64,000 nt of DNA, taken from NCBI GenBank assembly GCA_963845065.1, contig CAWJQQ010000008.1, positions 384,001 through 448,000 on the forward strand. Direction: 5' to 3'. Below are positions 54,328-64,000 of this stretch, piece by piece. Position numbers and translations under genes: made by a program. This DNA is from Nitrospirota bacterium. Its GTDB lineage: Bacteria > Nitrospirota > UBA9217. The notes beneath the pieces were generated by a model. That model ran no database searches. It saw only the letters and a list, made by a program, of their open reading frames with translations, and was not told the DNA's origin. Positions within the stretch are counted from its first letter, which is position 1. Each line of letters opens with the position of its first letter.

Positions 54328-54690
54328 TTTAATTTCCTCGTAATCCTTGCTAGTTATGCTGGATTATCAAGCGCTTACCATATTCCCCTTACCAAATTGG
54401 GTAAGGCTCACCCGGTACTGCGTCTATATTGTTATCAATCCTATCATTAAAAATCGACAGAAAGTTTTATCTTTGAAGGATACAAACAGGGTTTATCGCT
54501 GCAGGTAGAGTTACTAAATCAACTGCCTGAATGTCGCAGATATCGTTTGACCTGGCAATTAAACTAGGAGAACACCACGTTCGTTGTAACCAGTTGAAAC
54601 ACCATAAAAAAATAAAAAAGTATAACAGGATTCATTAATAAAGAGGCGCTGACCTCCTGCCGTGAAAGTTATACTCTGCTGCCAGACTCG

Positions 54691-55083
54691 TTATGTATGC
54701 TGCCACTTTTCCTTCTCCTCTACAAACGCCGTCTTGCCTGCATCCATTGCTTTTCCTACTATCGTTCGACCACCCTCATAGATATCTTTGCCTTTGTCAA
54801 TCGCCAGGGCAGCCCTCTCTATCGAATCCTTATAGATCTCTTTGCCTTTGTCAATCGCCAAGGCAGCTCTATCTATAGAGTCCTTATACAACTCCTTGCC
54901 TTTGTCAATGGCCAGGGAAACTCTCTCTTTCGAGTCGTGAGTGAACCGTTTGATGTCTTCCCTGACTTCTTTCCCCGATTTTGGAGCCAGCAGGAGCGTT
55001 AATCCTGCACCCACAACACCGCCCACCAGGAACGGCACCGCGATGTGGTATACTTTATTGGTAAGTTCCTCTTTCATAAACAT
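54691..55083 (-). CDS. YtxH-domain protein
   Basis: FLVGGVVGAGLTLLLAPKSGKEVRE; AGGAG SD before ATG 55083. Confidence 0.88.
   Translation of the reverse strand: MFMKEELTNKVYHIAVPFLVGGVVGAGLTLLLAPKSGKEVREDIKRFTHDSKERVSLAIDKGKELYKDSIDRAALAIDKGKEIYKDSIERAALAIDKGKDIYEGGRTIVGKAMDAGKTAFVEEKEKWQHT
54786..54928 (-). repeat. About 2.6 copies of a 54-bp in-frame repeat (RAALAIDKGKEIYKDSIE)
   Basis: CTTTGCCTTTGTCAATCGCCA-like units at 54786, 54840 and 54894. Confidence 0.88.
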
Positions 55084-55420
55084 CACTCCTTTCTTCTTTT
55101 CGCTTTTGTCCGTGGTCAGCGCCTCTACTATCATAATGCCAATCTTAAGCCCGATGAGAGCAACCCGTAACCTCTCTCTGCGAAACGTTCTTACTGTTAC
55201 ACTATTGAGCAACAACTTGCATGATGAACACCTCTCCACCCTTTGGTTCCTCATGCCCCACAAAAATTTTTACTACATTGTCTCTTTAATGTTAGTATAT
55301 CACTCTTTGGTAAATAAAATGACCTTCCTTTCCAAATAGTTTTCCTTCTTCGGTGTACCGGTCCATTAAGGCGGCCCATTCCCGATCGCTGTTTTATAAA
55401 ATGGATAAAACTCGTCATTG

Positions 55421-56317
55421 TCAGGTCTCAAATATTTGCCTATCCTCCCTTGTGCTGTCGTCCGTTTTGCGCTCAAGTTCAGCTATGACCTGTGCGCCGA
55501 GCAAAAGGATTAAGGCAACAGCCTCCGTACTGAGAAGTGCTACAACTGCTGTAGCGAAGGAGCCATAAATTAAATTAACCATGGATATCACCGAGTAATA
55601 CCAGACCAATATACGGCGGGTGATCTCCCATAAGATCGTCGCGGCCACCCCGCCAATCAATGCCCGCCGAAATGTGATGCGAACAACTGGCATAACCAGA
55701 TAGATGGACGTGAGCAGAAGGATCTCGCCAACGATCCCCAATGCATACAGCGCGAAACCTGAAAAGCCCTCAAGACTCAACCTCCATCCGAACAAGAGTA
55801 ATTGCCGTTTTTCGATGGTATCTATTGCTCCCGTAATGAATGACACCATCAATATTCCCAAACCCAAAACAAGGATATAGATGTAAGGGATAATGGCGGA
55901 AATGAGAAAGTGGCGGCGTTGAATTCTGACACGGTGAAAAAAAATCACTGACATGGCGTTTTCCAGGACGGTAAAGGCTATGGAACTGAAAAAAAGCATG
56001 ACCAGCAGACCAATGATACTGACCACTTTCCGATGCTCGAGAAACACCCGCACCTGATCAGTCAATGTTGCTGCGTAGCCAGGTATTATCATTTCCAGGT
56101 ACATTGATAAGGTTTGAAATAACTGGTCCTCTCCTATGAAGTGAGACAGGCCGATGAGGGCGAGAATAGACATCGGGACAATTGATAGCAAGGTATAGTA
56201 AGCCACAGCCCCGGATAACAGCAACCCTTGATTGCGTCTAAATCCACGCATAACCCTGAGCAACAAGCTCAAGAACCGCAGTAAAACTCCCCGTGCTGTA
56301 TGTCGTCTGTTCATCAT
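55421..56317 (-). CDS. YihY / virulence factor BrkB family membrane protein
   Basis: SGAVAYYTLLSIVP, IYGSF, LLGA; six TM helices. Confidence 0.9.
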   Translation of the reverse strand: MMNRRHTARGVLLRFLSLLLRVMRGFRRNQGLLLSGAVAYYTLLSIVPMSILALIGLSHFIGEDQLFQTLSMYLEMIIPGYAATLTDQVRVFLEHRKVVSIIGLLVMLFFSSIAFTVLENAMSVIFFHRVRIQRRHFLISAIIPYIYILVLGLGILMVSFITGAIDTIEKRQLLLFGWRLSLEGFSGFALYALGIVGEILLLTSIYLVMPVVRITFRRALIGGVAATILWEITRRILVWYYSVISMVNLIYGSFATAVVALLSTEAVALILLLGAQVIAELERKTDDSTREDRQIFET

Positions 56318-56694
56318 GACTAATTAGTGTATAAGGAGAACAGCAATCTGTTCTCAATTTGTCCTGAATGCCGCTTACAATTTTTAAATATGCAATTTCT
56401 GCAGCACTTAGAAAAAACATCCGTTAAATAAATATATCATAAAAAATGTATTTCCAGACACCACTATTCAACGGCTGGTCATGTAAAGCGCGTAATCTCA
56501 TTGATGACGGCTGATGGACATCAGCAGGATTTGCTGGAAAGTTTCTCGCATTAAGATTCTGGCATAGCGCGTTGAAGGATGTGCAATGAAGTCGGGGTAA
56601 GAGATTTGCTCAGGCACGTGCGAGGGAGGAGCATTTTTATTTGAAATATGGTACTATCCAACGTTAGGGAGCCGGTGAATATGATGGATGGGGG

Positions 56695-57504
56695 ATGAGC
56701 ATGAAGCATTTTTTGACCGTTGCAGAAGAAGCAGCGCGTGCTGCAGGAACGATGTTGCGCGAAAATATTCATGGCGAAAGGGAGATTGCCTATAAAGGCG
56801 ACATTAACCTGGTCACAGAAATGGACATGAAATCCGAGCGTACGGTAGTTGAAATGCTCCTTGCTTCCTTTCCTGGCCACGGCATCATGGCCGAGGAAGG
56901 GACGATGATACGGAATGGCTCCGGGTATACATGGATCATCGACCCTCTCGACGGGACGACAAACTACGCCCATGGATATCCATGTTTTTCGGTTTCAATA
57001 GCGCTCGAGCACGAAGGCGAGATCATCATCGGCGTTGTATATGACCCCATGCGGGATGAGCTGTTCTCTGCACAGAAAGCGGAGGGGGCCCGTCTCAATG
57101 GAACCAAGATCCGGGTCTCGAGTGTCGATACGCTAATTAAAAGCCTGCTTGCCACTGGTTTCCCCTATGATCGCAGGGTGAGCGAAAAGAACAATCTGAA
57201 CTATTTTCACGATCTTCTCATGGCATCGCAGGAGGTCCGCCGAGACGGTTCAGCCGCGCTCGATCTCTGCTCAGTTGCGTCGGGCAGGTTCGATGGTTTT
57301 TGGGAACTGAAGCTCAAACCCTGGGATGTGGCAGCCGGAAGTCTGATTGTGCGTGAGGCGGGTGGGACAATCTCGGATTTTTCTGGGACCCGGTTCAGCA
57401 TTCATGACGACGAGATCCTTGCAACCAATGGAAGGGTTCACGCCGACATGCTCGAGGCGCTCCAAAAATCCAGGAAAAATGCGAATTGCGGATTAGTCCG
57501 CTGA
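56695..57504 (+). CDS. suhB: Inositol monophosphatase family protein
   Basis: WIIDPLDGTTNY, RRDGSAALDL, WDVAAG. Confidence 0.93.
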   Translation: MSMKHFLTVAEEAARAAGTMLRENIHGEREIAYKGDINLVTEMDMKSERTVVEMLLASFPGHGIMAEEGTMIRNGSGYTWIIDPLDGTTNYAHGYPCFSVSIALEHEGEIIIGVVYDPMRDELFSAQKAEGARLNGTKIRVSSVDTLIKSLLATGFPYDRRVSEKNNLNYFHDLLMASQEVRRDGSAALDLCSVASGRFDGFWELKLKPWDVAAGSLIVREAGGTISDFSGTRFSIHDDEILATNGRVHADMLEALQKSRKNANCGLVR

Positions 57505-57547
57505 CATCGGGATGACCTCTATGCGGAATGCAAACGTTGAAATCACC

Positions 57548-58672
57548 ATGAAACACTCTGATGTTTCTGTCGTCCGATGCGAAGATTACGATCGTGCGAA
57601 GACGATGTCTGCTGTTAAGCATGCCGTCGATCTTCTAGGCGGGATGGGGGAGTTTGTAAAACCCGGGGATCGGGTCCTTATAAAGCCGAACCTCCTTAAG
57701 GCAAGGCCCCCGGACGCTGCTGTCACGACACATCCCGAGATCGTCCGTACTGTCATCAGGCTTGTTCACGAGCGGGGCGGTAGAGCGCTGGTGGGCGACA
57801 GCCCTGGCATAGGCGATCTGAAGAAGGTCGCCGAGAAGGCCGGCATTCTCGAAGTGGTGTATGAAGAAGGTGCACAGCTGGAGGACCTTTCGGAAGCGGT
57901 TCAGATAAAAAACAACGGGAGGTTCCAGCATTTCGAGGTGTCACGAATAGCGTACGAAGCTGATGTGCTCATCAATCTCCCGAAGCTTAAGACCCACGGA
58001 ATGACAGCGCTTACCGGCGCCGTGAAAAACCTGTTCGGATGCATCCCCGGAAAACGGAAGGTCCAGTGGCACTTTAATACTGGTGTGAATCACGAGCTCT
58101 TCATGAAAATGCTCCTGGAACAGTACGCGCTCCTCAAACCGCGACTTACCATCATGGATGCCATAGTCGGCATGGAAGGGAATGGTCCCGGCAGTGGCGA
58201 TCCTCGTCATATCGGTGCGCTCCTCGCCGGCAGGGATGCCGTTTCGGTTGACGCGGTATCAGCCCACTTGCTCGGTGTGAAGGTAGAGAATCTTCCCCTG
58301 TTGCAGGCAGCCCGGTCACAAGGCATCGGCGAAACGGACCTGGACAATATTACGCTTCTCGGAGATCCTTTGGAGAGTGTCGTGGTTGAGCACTTCCGCC
58401 TGCCGCCTCAGACGCACCTCGAATGGCAGCTTCCGGAGTGGGCACGCAGTTCTCTCAAGAACGCGTTCACGACCAGACCAGTAATCAACCGCGATGTGTG
58501 TATTCTGTGCGGCATCTGTCAAGGCCGCTGCCCCCAGGGTGCGATCGAAGACAGGGGAAAGCGGCTCGATATCCGCTACCGCGACTGCATACGCTGCTTC
58601 TGCTGCCAGGAATTATGTCCACAAGGCGCTATTACGATTGGAAAAGGATGGGCGCTTAAATTGTTGAGATGA
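57548..58672 (+). CDS. DUF362 protein with C-terminal 2x[4Fe-4S] ferredoxin domain (alternative start 57512)
   Basis: VLIKPN, TTHP, PKLKTH, EGNGP; CILCGICQGRCP and CIRCFCCQELCP. Confidence 0.9.
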   Translation: MKHSDVSVVRCEDYDRAKTMSAVKHAVDLLGGMGEFVKPGDRVLIKPNLLKARPPDAAVTTHPEIVRTVIRLVHERGGRALVGDSPGIGDLKKVAEKAGILEVVYEEGAQLEDLSEAVQIKNNGRFQHFEVSRIAYEADVLINLPKLKTHGMTALTGAVKNLFGCIPGKRKVQWHFNTGVNHELFMKMLLEQYALLKPRLTIMDAIVGMEGNGPGSGDPRHIGALLAGRDAVSVDAVSAHLLGVKVENLPLLQAARSQGIGETDLDNITLLGDPLESVVVEHFRLPPQTHLEWQLPEWARSSLKNAFTTRPVINRDVCILCGICQGRCPQGAIEDRGKRLDIRYRDCIRCFCCQELCPQGAITIGKGWALKLLR

Positions 58673-58772
58673 AAACCGGGGAATGGTCCATGAACGTCAC
58701 CAGCGGTAGTTGATTCGGCGTTTCGCGCTGAAGAACAAACGATCATACGGCCCTGATTCTGCAACGGCAGTG

Positions 58773-59654
58773 CTACCCGCACTCGCCTTTTTCATCCGGC
58801 TCATCACCGGTTGTATAGAAATCTTCCAAACCCCGGTCGTCATCTTCGTCTATCTCGAATATCTGCTCGTCAAGCTGCTCTTTCGGCTCCACGCCGCGAC
58901 CAAACAGTTCCCGGTACACGAGAGGCTTGACACTCGATGGAAGGAGCGGGTCCACGTAGAGTTCCCTCAGCTCCTGCATTTTCATGATCTGGAGAAAACG
59001 TTCGGAAAGCGTCAGCGGCGTATGTTCGTTTCTGACCAGTGAATACCGGACCAGCGATCTGCTCGACCAGACCCGGTGCACGGCGATCAGGCGTATGGTT
59101 TCCGAGTGCGTGTCCCTGCGGTTGATGATCTTGAAGAGATGATTTTCCTGCAGGCGAGGATTATTGAGGCAAAGCGCAACCACCTCGACATCTGCATCTT
59201 GCAACAGATTCAGGAGGACGTTTTCCACTGCCATCTTAGCCAGAGACTTCTTGTACCCAAGCGGCATGGTTGGGATCCGTTCGATGACAATTGCCTCGAC
59301 CTTGTGCCGGAAGACGGGGGGAATGTGAGGACTGCGAGTCATCTCCGCAATGTCGAAGAGGCGCAGGTAGCGGACAATGGAAAGCGAGACTGAGAGAGGC
59401 GTTTTTGGATTTTTTGCAAGCGCGAGACGAATGGAATAAATCTCTGACCATCTTCTGCTCTTGGCAATCGCATCGAGCACATCAGGAGTCATGTTTTTCC
59501 TGTTTGCGATGATGAGAACGTCTTCTTCGCGCAGTTTTATATTGTCGAGAAGAGCCCTGATCACCCGGGGGGAAGGATCATGCACAAATCTGGCAAGCCC
59601 CTCTTCGTCTACCGAAGCGGCCAGCATTGATCTTTCTTCTTCCGTTGCGTCCAT
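58773..59654 (-). CDS. Conserved hypothetical helical-repeat protein
   Basis: Repeated LxxNP motifs (LAKNPKTP, LNNPRL, VRNEHTP); acidic tail; promoter directly upstream. Confidence 0.75.
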   Translation of the reverse strand: MDATEEERSMLAASVDEEGLARFVHDPSPRVIRALLDNIKLREEDVLIIANRKNMTPDVLDAIAKSRRWSEIYSIRLALAKNPKTPLSVSLSIVRYLRLFDIAEMTRSPHIPPVFRHKVEAIVIERIPTMPLGYKKSLAKMAVENVLLNLLQDADVEVVALCLNNPRLQENHLFKIINRRDTHSETIRLIAVHRVWSSRSLVRYSLVRNEHTPLTLSERFLQIMKMQELRELYVDPLLPSSVKPLVYRELFGRGVEPKEQLDEQIFEIDEDDDRGLEDFYTTGDEPDEKGECG

Positions 59655-59660
59655 ATTTTT

Positions 59661-59711
59661 ATTATACGGTTTTTCAAAAGTATTGACAAACGCAAACATT
59701 TTATGTATTTT
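59661..59711. promoter_or_regulatory. Overlapping divergent sigma-70 promoters
   Basis: Minus: TTGTCA-17-TATAAT-6 nt-ATG; plus: TTGACA(59683)-17-TATTTT. Confidence 0.65.
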
Positions 59712-59778
59712 TATAACTCAACAACATGAATTTTAATGGTTTTCAGGCCTCACGCTTTGCCGTATTACGAGGGTTACG

Positions 59779-60315
59779 ATGGAACGTACGCTGCTCCTGA
59801 ATGCAACATTTGAACCGTTAAAGATCATATCGTGGCAGAGGGCTATCACATTGCTGACCCAGGGCAAGGTGGAAGTCATCGATTTCTACGATCGTGACAT
59901 CCGGGGAGTGTCCATTACGTTTAAGCTCCCCTCTATCCTGCGTCTGCTCAAACTGGTGAAGGTGAAGCGCAGCACCAAAGAAGTCCGCTTCTCCCGCGCA
60001 AACATCTATCAACGGGACAAATACACCTGCCAGTACTGCGGCGCGAAACAGCCTGCCGAGGACCTGACTTTCGACCATGTTCTTCCCCAGGTGCAGGGCG
60101 GTCAAGCCACGTGGGAAAATATCGTGACCGCGTGTCTTGCCTGCAACAACAGGAAGGGAGGCAGGACGCCGCGGGAAGCCAAGATGCGGCTGATCCGGAC
60201 GCCTGCAAAGCCCCGTTGGATGCCAGTCGTCACCATGACGATCGGCATAAAAAACGCTCCCCTCAGCTGGAGGGACTACCTCTACTGGAATATTGAACTG
60301 AACAAGGATGATTAG
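59779..60315 (+). CDS. HNH endonuclease (McrA-like)
   Basis: LLLNATFEPL, RDKYTCQYCG, TFDHVLP, WENIVTACLACNNRKG. Confidence 0.93.
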   Translation: MERTLLLNATFEPLKIISWQRAITLLTQGKVEVIDFYDRDIRGVSITFKLPSILRLLKLVKVKRSTKEVRFSRANIYQRDKYTCQYCGAKQPAEDLTFDHVLPQVQGGQATWENIVTACLACNNRKGGRTPREAKMRLIRTPAKPRWMPVVTMTIGIKNAPLSWRDYLYWNIELNKDD

Positions 60316-60503
60316 CAAGTTTCGTACGAAAGGTAAGTTAATATTACATTCGTAATTTCCTGCCAGCGTGCTCGTGTACGTTTCTGATTTACTCCCCTTA
60401 GCAACTCCTCTGTGCCCTTTCCTTTTTTTCTTGTCAATCTTCGGGTAAGATGATATAGTTCGAACCGTCGTTTGAAGGGCAATGCAACGAGGAGGCAAAT
60501 GAA

Positions 60504-61139
60504 ATGAAAAAAACATTCTTCATTTTCGTGGCGGTCAGCGTCGTGCTGATGCTGTCAGCCGGCAGAGCATCTGCATTCACGCATTTTTCAGAAAATGAAT
60601 TCACGACCGCAGAGAGCCTCGATCCCGGCATGACGCAGACAGGGATCGATTATACATTGGGCGATCATTTCACAAGCTACTTTCCCGAAGTGCGTTACGG
60701 AATGGGTGCCTTGCTGGAGCTGGGCGTCCGGGCCGGAGCCGTGCAGGCAAGGCTTGATAACGGACAAAACCTCGGCTTCCTTGCGGGGGCTGATCTCAAA
60801 TATCAGCTTATAAAGGCGGCAGAGGGCGTCCCTGTTGATCTCGCTGTGGACTTGGGCTGGAATAACATTATCATAAGCGGCAAGAATGCCAGCGAAGTGA
60901 CATTTGCGACGATTGCCAGCAGGAGCATCGCCCTGACGGACCGCGGGTACAAGCTCGTCCCTTATGGCGGACTGGCGATGTCGGCCCAGTTCGGATCACT
61001 CGCAAACGATAGTAACGATTCCTATGTGAATGTTTTCGCCGGCCTCGAATGGAAATTGACCCAGAAATTTATGGTACTTGTCGAGGTGAAGGCAGGCGAC
61101 CAGATTACGGGCGGGGTAGGGATCAAATTCGAGTACTAA
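60504..61139 (+). CDS. Exported protein, probable outer-membrane beta-barrel
   Basis: Signal peptide ASA-F, amphipathic strands, C-terminal GIKFEY. Confidence 0.7.
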   Translation: MKKTFFIFVAVSVVLMLSAGRASAFTHFSENEFTTAESLDPGMTQTGIDYTLGDHFTSYFPEVRYGMGALLELGVRAGAVQARLDNGQNLGFLAGADLKYQLIKAAEGVPVDLAVDLGWNNIIISGKNASEVTFATIASRSIALTDRGYKLVPYGGLAMSAQFGSLANDSNDSYVNVFAGLEWKLTQKFMVLVEVKAGDQITGGVGIKFEY

Positions 61140-61233
61140 TATTACTCGCACTGTTGATGGGCCAATGGCCCTGCTCCTTCCCCCTTACCGCATTGGTCAG
61201 TCAATTTCCATGTGCGTGATTGGTAAGATTTCC

Positions 61234-61719
61234 ATGGCTAATTTATTATCAGGGAACATTCAGGAGAAGCCTCTTCCAGACATCCTCGAAGACTTGCGCC
61301 AGAGAAAGGCCACCGGCACGTTGACCGTGAATAGAGGCAATGTAACGAAGTGCATTTGTCTCAGGGGCGGCCAGATAGTCTTTGCTACGTCAACGGATGT
61401 CCAAGATCGTCTCAGCGAAATTCTGGTCAAAACGGGCAGGTTGACGAAGGAAAACATGGACTATGCCCTCAAACTATATGAAAAGAGCGCTGGTTTAAAA
61501 AAATTGGGAGCTGTCCTGGTGGAAAACGGCTTTGTTGCTCCCAAAGACATGTTCGGCGGCCTGAAAAGGCAGGTAAAAGACATCATCTACAGCATTTTTC
61601 TCTGGAATGACGGCGAATATAAATTCGAGGAGCGACTGCCGACCGATATCATCCAGTTGCAGATAAATTTTCAAGAGCTGATTTCAGAGATTATTGAGAG
61701 GATCAAGAACGATGCCTGA
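61234..61719 (+). CDS. DUF4388 (PATAN-like) domain protein
   Basis: LSGNI...LPDIL..ATGTL..GQIVFA..LGAVLVENG..WNDGEYKF. Confidence 0.82.
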   Translation: MANLLSGNIQEKPLPDILEDLRQRKATGTLTVNRGNVTKCICLRGGQIVFATSTDVQDRLSEILVKTGRLTKENMDYALKLYEKSAGLKKLGAVLVENGFVAPKDMFGGLKRQVKDIIYSIFLWNDGEYKFEERLPTDIIQLQINFQELISEIIERIKNDA

Positions 61720-61846
61720 AAAAGTGCAAAGGATCCTCTTCAGAATAACGCCACCCCTGTCAAACCACGTGGATGTCAACTTTTTCAGTTGTCCTTTCAT
61801 TCAGTATCAGGTATAATTTCTTCCGACCTCGCAGGAAATCCGGAGA

Positions 61847-62419
61847 TTGCTGGTGAAATCCCTGAAGCAAAGTTCATTCCCCGAAATGGCTGAACGAGTG
61901 TGCGCCCTGTATAACGAAGAGCGGGATGCACTCCTCCTCGGGATGCTCGGACAGGAGTACGAAATCAGCCACGACGGCATTTTTATACGTGGTCAGAAGG
62001 CTCCGGCTACTCATGGGACCGTGATCCTGGACTACCTGCTCTCAAAGGGGACGGCTATTACTATGATGCCATGGCGGACCCTGACCCATTTCGGGGACGC
62101 TGTGATCCCGGGATTTCGGAAAAAAGTGGAAGAACCGATCTCTGCTTTTACGACGGAAATCCTCTCTTCGAACAATATCCTGCCCATGCTGGACGCTAAA
62201 TCAGTCCCCAGCCTGATCGGCAGCGACCTCGCTTTTACCGTTCGCGCCCTCCCCAAGGTATTTATCCATGTTGAGCTTTCACAAGAAACACAGGACTTCC
62301 CCGCCGAGGCTTGGATGCTTTTTTCGAACAATGCAAATGAGTTTTTGACAGTGCCGAACCTTCATATACTCGCAGAGATATTGAAAGACAGGCTCCTAAG
62401 CCTGCTCAGGATCTATTGA
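61847..62419 (+). CDS. DUF3786-like protein (start uncertain)
   Basis: VILDYL, ALPKV, DFPAEAWMLF motifs. Confidence 0.7.
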   Translation: MLVKSLKQSSFPEMAERVCALYNEERDALLLGMLGQEYEISHDGIFIRGQKAPATHGTVILDYLLSKGTAITMMPWRTLTHFGDAVIPGFRKKVEEPISAFTTEILSSNNILPMLDAKSVPSLIGSDLAFTVRALPKVFIHVELSQETQDFPAEAWMLFSNNANEFLTVPNLHILAEILKDRLLSLLRIY

Positions 62420-62427
62420 CACCACAC

Positions 62428-63162
62428 ATGCGGAATGCGACTTTGACTGCTTCAGATCGGCTTGTCCTTGCCCTTGACGTTGATAATGAGCAGGAGGCCC
62501 TGGGAATTGTTTCTGAACTCAAGGATTCGGTGGGGATGTTCAAGGTCGGTCACCAGCTCTTTACTGCCTATGGGCCGGATATCGTCCGAAAAATCATCGG
62601 CAAGGGCGGCCGCGTTTTTCTCGACCTCAAATATCATGATATCCCGAACACAGTTGCAAAAGCATCGACAGAGGCAGTCAAACTCGGGGTAAGCGTATTT
62701 AACGTCCACGCTCTCGGCGGACTGGACATGATGAAGGCCTCCGCTGAATCGGCGAAAGAAGCGGCGGTCATGCACGGGCTACCATCGCCGATCGTTCTGG
62801 CTGTCACAATTCTAACGAGCATGGATGAAAAAAACCTGCGGAAGGAACTGAAAATAACGCGGTCGCTCCAGCGGGAGGTGGCGCACCTCGCGAGACTTGC
62901 GCAGCGCGCGGGCATGCACGGAGTGATTGCGTCGCCCCAGGAAATAAAAATGCTGCGCAGGACAGTCCGCGGACAGTTCGTCATACTCACGCCCGGCGTG
63001 CGGCCTGACTGGGCCAACAAGGACGATCAGAAGAGAATCATGACTCCTGGAGAGGCCGTCGCTGCGGGCGCGGACTACATCGTCGTCGGCAGGCCGGTGC
63101 TCAATGCTGCAGACCGGCAGACGGCGGTGAAAAATATATTGGAAGAGATAAATAATTATTGA
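62428..63162 (+). CDS. pyrF: Orotidine-5'-phosphate decarboxylase
   Basis: LALD, FKVG, FLDLKYHDIPNT, TPGVR, VVGRP. Confidence 0.96.
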   Translation: MRNATLTASDRLVLALDVDNEQEALGIVSELKDSVGMFKVGHQLFTAYGPDIVRKIIGKGGRVFLDLKYHDIPNTVAKASTEAVKLGVSVFNVHALGGLDMMKASAESAKEAAVMHGLPSPIVLAVTILTSMDEKNLRKELKITRSLQREVAHLARLAQRAGMHGVIASPQEIKMLRRTVRGQFVILTPGVRPDWANKDDQKRIMTPGEAVAAGADYIVVGRPVLNAADRQTAVKNILEEINNY

Positions 63163-63289
63163 TTATCAGAGAAAGGCTGAACATTCTCATTACGTGGTGG
63201 CGACAAGAATACAATAAAGGATCACGAACGTAAATTTCGATTCATTCCCGTGCATCCGCGTTCGCGACATATAAGGAGTTACTGCAATC

Positions 63290-63865
63290 ATGACTTCAGA
63301 CCAGGTCTTGGACATCTACAAGAAAACGGGTGCATTGCTCACCGGGCATTTTCTGCTTTCATCGGGTCTGCACAGCGAACAATATCTTCAGTCTGCGCTG
63401 GTACTTCAACAACCGGATATCGCAACCAGACTATGCACAGCTCTTGCGGAGCAGTTCAAGAGCTCCCATATTGAGGTTGTCATCGCTCCGGCACTCGGAG
63501 GAGTATTTGTTTCCCACGAAACGGCACGGGCGCTTGGCGTCCGGGCGATCTTTGCCGAGCGCGTGAACGGGGAATTGACGCTGCGGCGCGGGTTTACGAT
63601 CAAAGCGGGTGAGCGCGTGCTTGTCGTGGAGGACGTCATCACAACCGGCAAGTCCACCCGGGAGACCATCGAAGTCGTGAAGCGGGCAGGCGGAGTTGTC
63701 ATCGCTGCCGCGTCTCTCGTGGATCGTTCAGGCGGAAAAGCCGACCTCGGCGTTCCCTATAAATCTCTCGCGACGCTGAACGTGCCGGCCTATTCACCGG
63801 AGGCCTGTCCGTTGTGCAAATCAGGGAGCGCTCCAATCAAGCCGGGCAGCAGGGGGTTTAAGTAG
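63290..63865 (+). CDS. pyrE: Orotate phosphoribosyltransferase
   Basis: GHFLLSSGLHS, VVEDVITTGKS, LVDRS, KPGSR. Confidence 0.96.
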   Translation: MTSDQVLDIYKKTGALLTGHFLLSSGLHSEQYLQSALVLQQPDIATRLCTALAEQFKSSHIEVVIAPALGGVFVSHETARALGVRAIFAERVNGELTLRRGFTIKAGERVLVVEDVITTGKSTRETIEVVKRAGGVVIAAASLVDRSGGKADLGVPYKSLATLNVPAYSPEACPLCKSGSAPIKPGSRGFK

Positions 63866-64000
63866 TTCCAATGGGGCAGCGCTGTATTCCTGCGAATTGT
63901 GCTCGTGCCAGCATATTGTCAGACGGTCTTACCTGATAAAGTATTCAAGAATATACTTGAACGCAAGGGAAGTGATCATGGCTCCTAGCATGAGCTTGAT

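Noticed and set aside
54786..54928. Tandem repeats here and at 8945-9076 as CRISPR arrays
   Set aside because: They are in-frame coding repeats with no unique spacers and no cas genes
59779..60480. HNH nuclease as an RNA-guided (IscB or HEARO-like) system
   Set aside because: No RuvC or PLMP segments; downstream spacer is short with only a 12-bp palindrome TTTCGTACGAAA
63978..64000. Possible gene start at the window edge
   Set aside because: Too short to assign

Overview
Bacterial chromosomal segment; gene order and style suggest a Nitrospirota or Desulfobacterota-like organism (inference). Left: end of a branched-chain amino acid ABC operon, a three-gene His/Met-rich cluster, a small MerR-like HTH gene heading pilMNOPQ, and a sigma-54-preceded pair of Ig-like lipoproteins. 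Middle: rbp-rpsU, an intact IS4 element with a 9-bp target duplication, der, leuS-lptE-holA, rpsT, murJ, guaB, rluB, tsaB-rimI. Right: a long ilvD-ilvB-ilvN-ilvC-psd-pssA-leuACDB-asd-asd block, a decaheme cytochrome c, a divergent HTH pair, an accessory patch, suhB, an HNH nuclease and pyrF-pyrE. Two signals are hidden from the ORF track. (1) The O6-alkylguanine DNA alkyltransferase gene has an in-frame UGA exactly at the catalytic Cys of PCHRV, followed by a SECIS-like hairpin, so it is probably a selenocysteine DNA-repair suicide enzyme. (2) A 591-bp internally deleted tnpB (IS200/IS605) element sits in the 3' end of a DUF523 gene, and its precise removal restores that gene. No rRNA, tRNA or CRISPR array was seen. 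All calls come from reading motifs by eye; no database searches were run.
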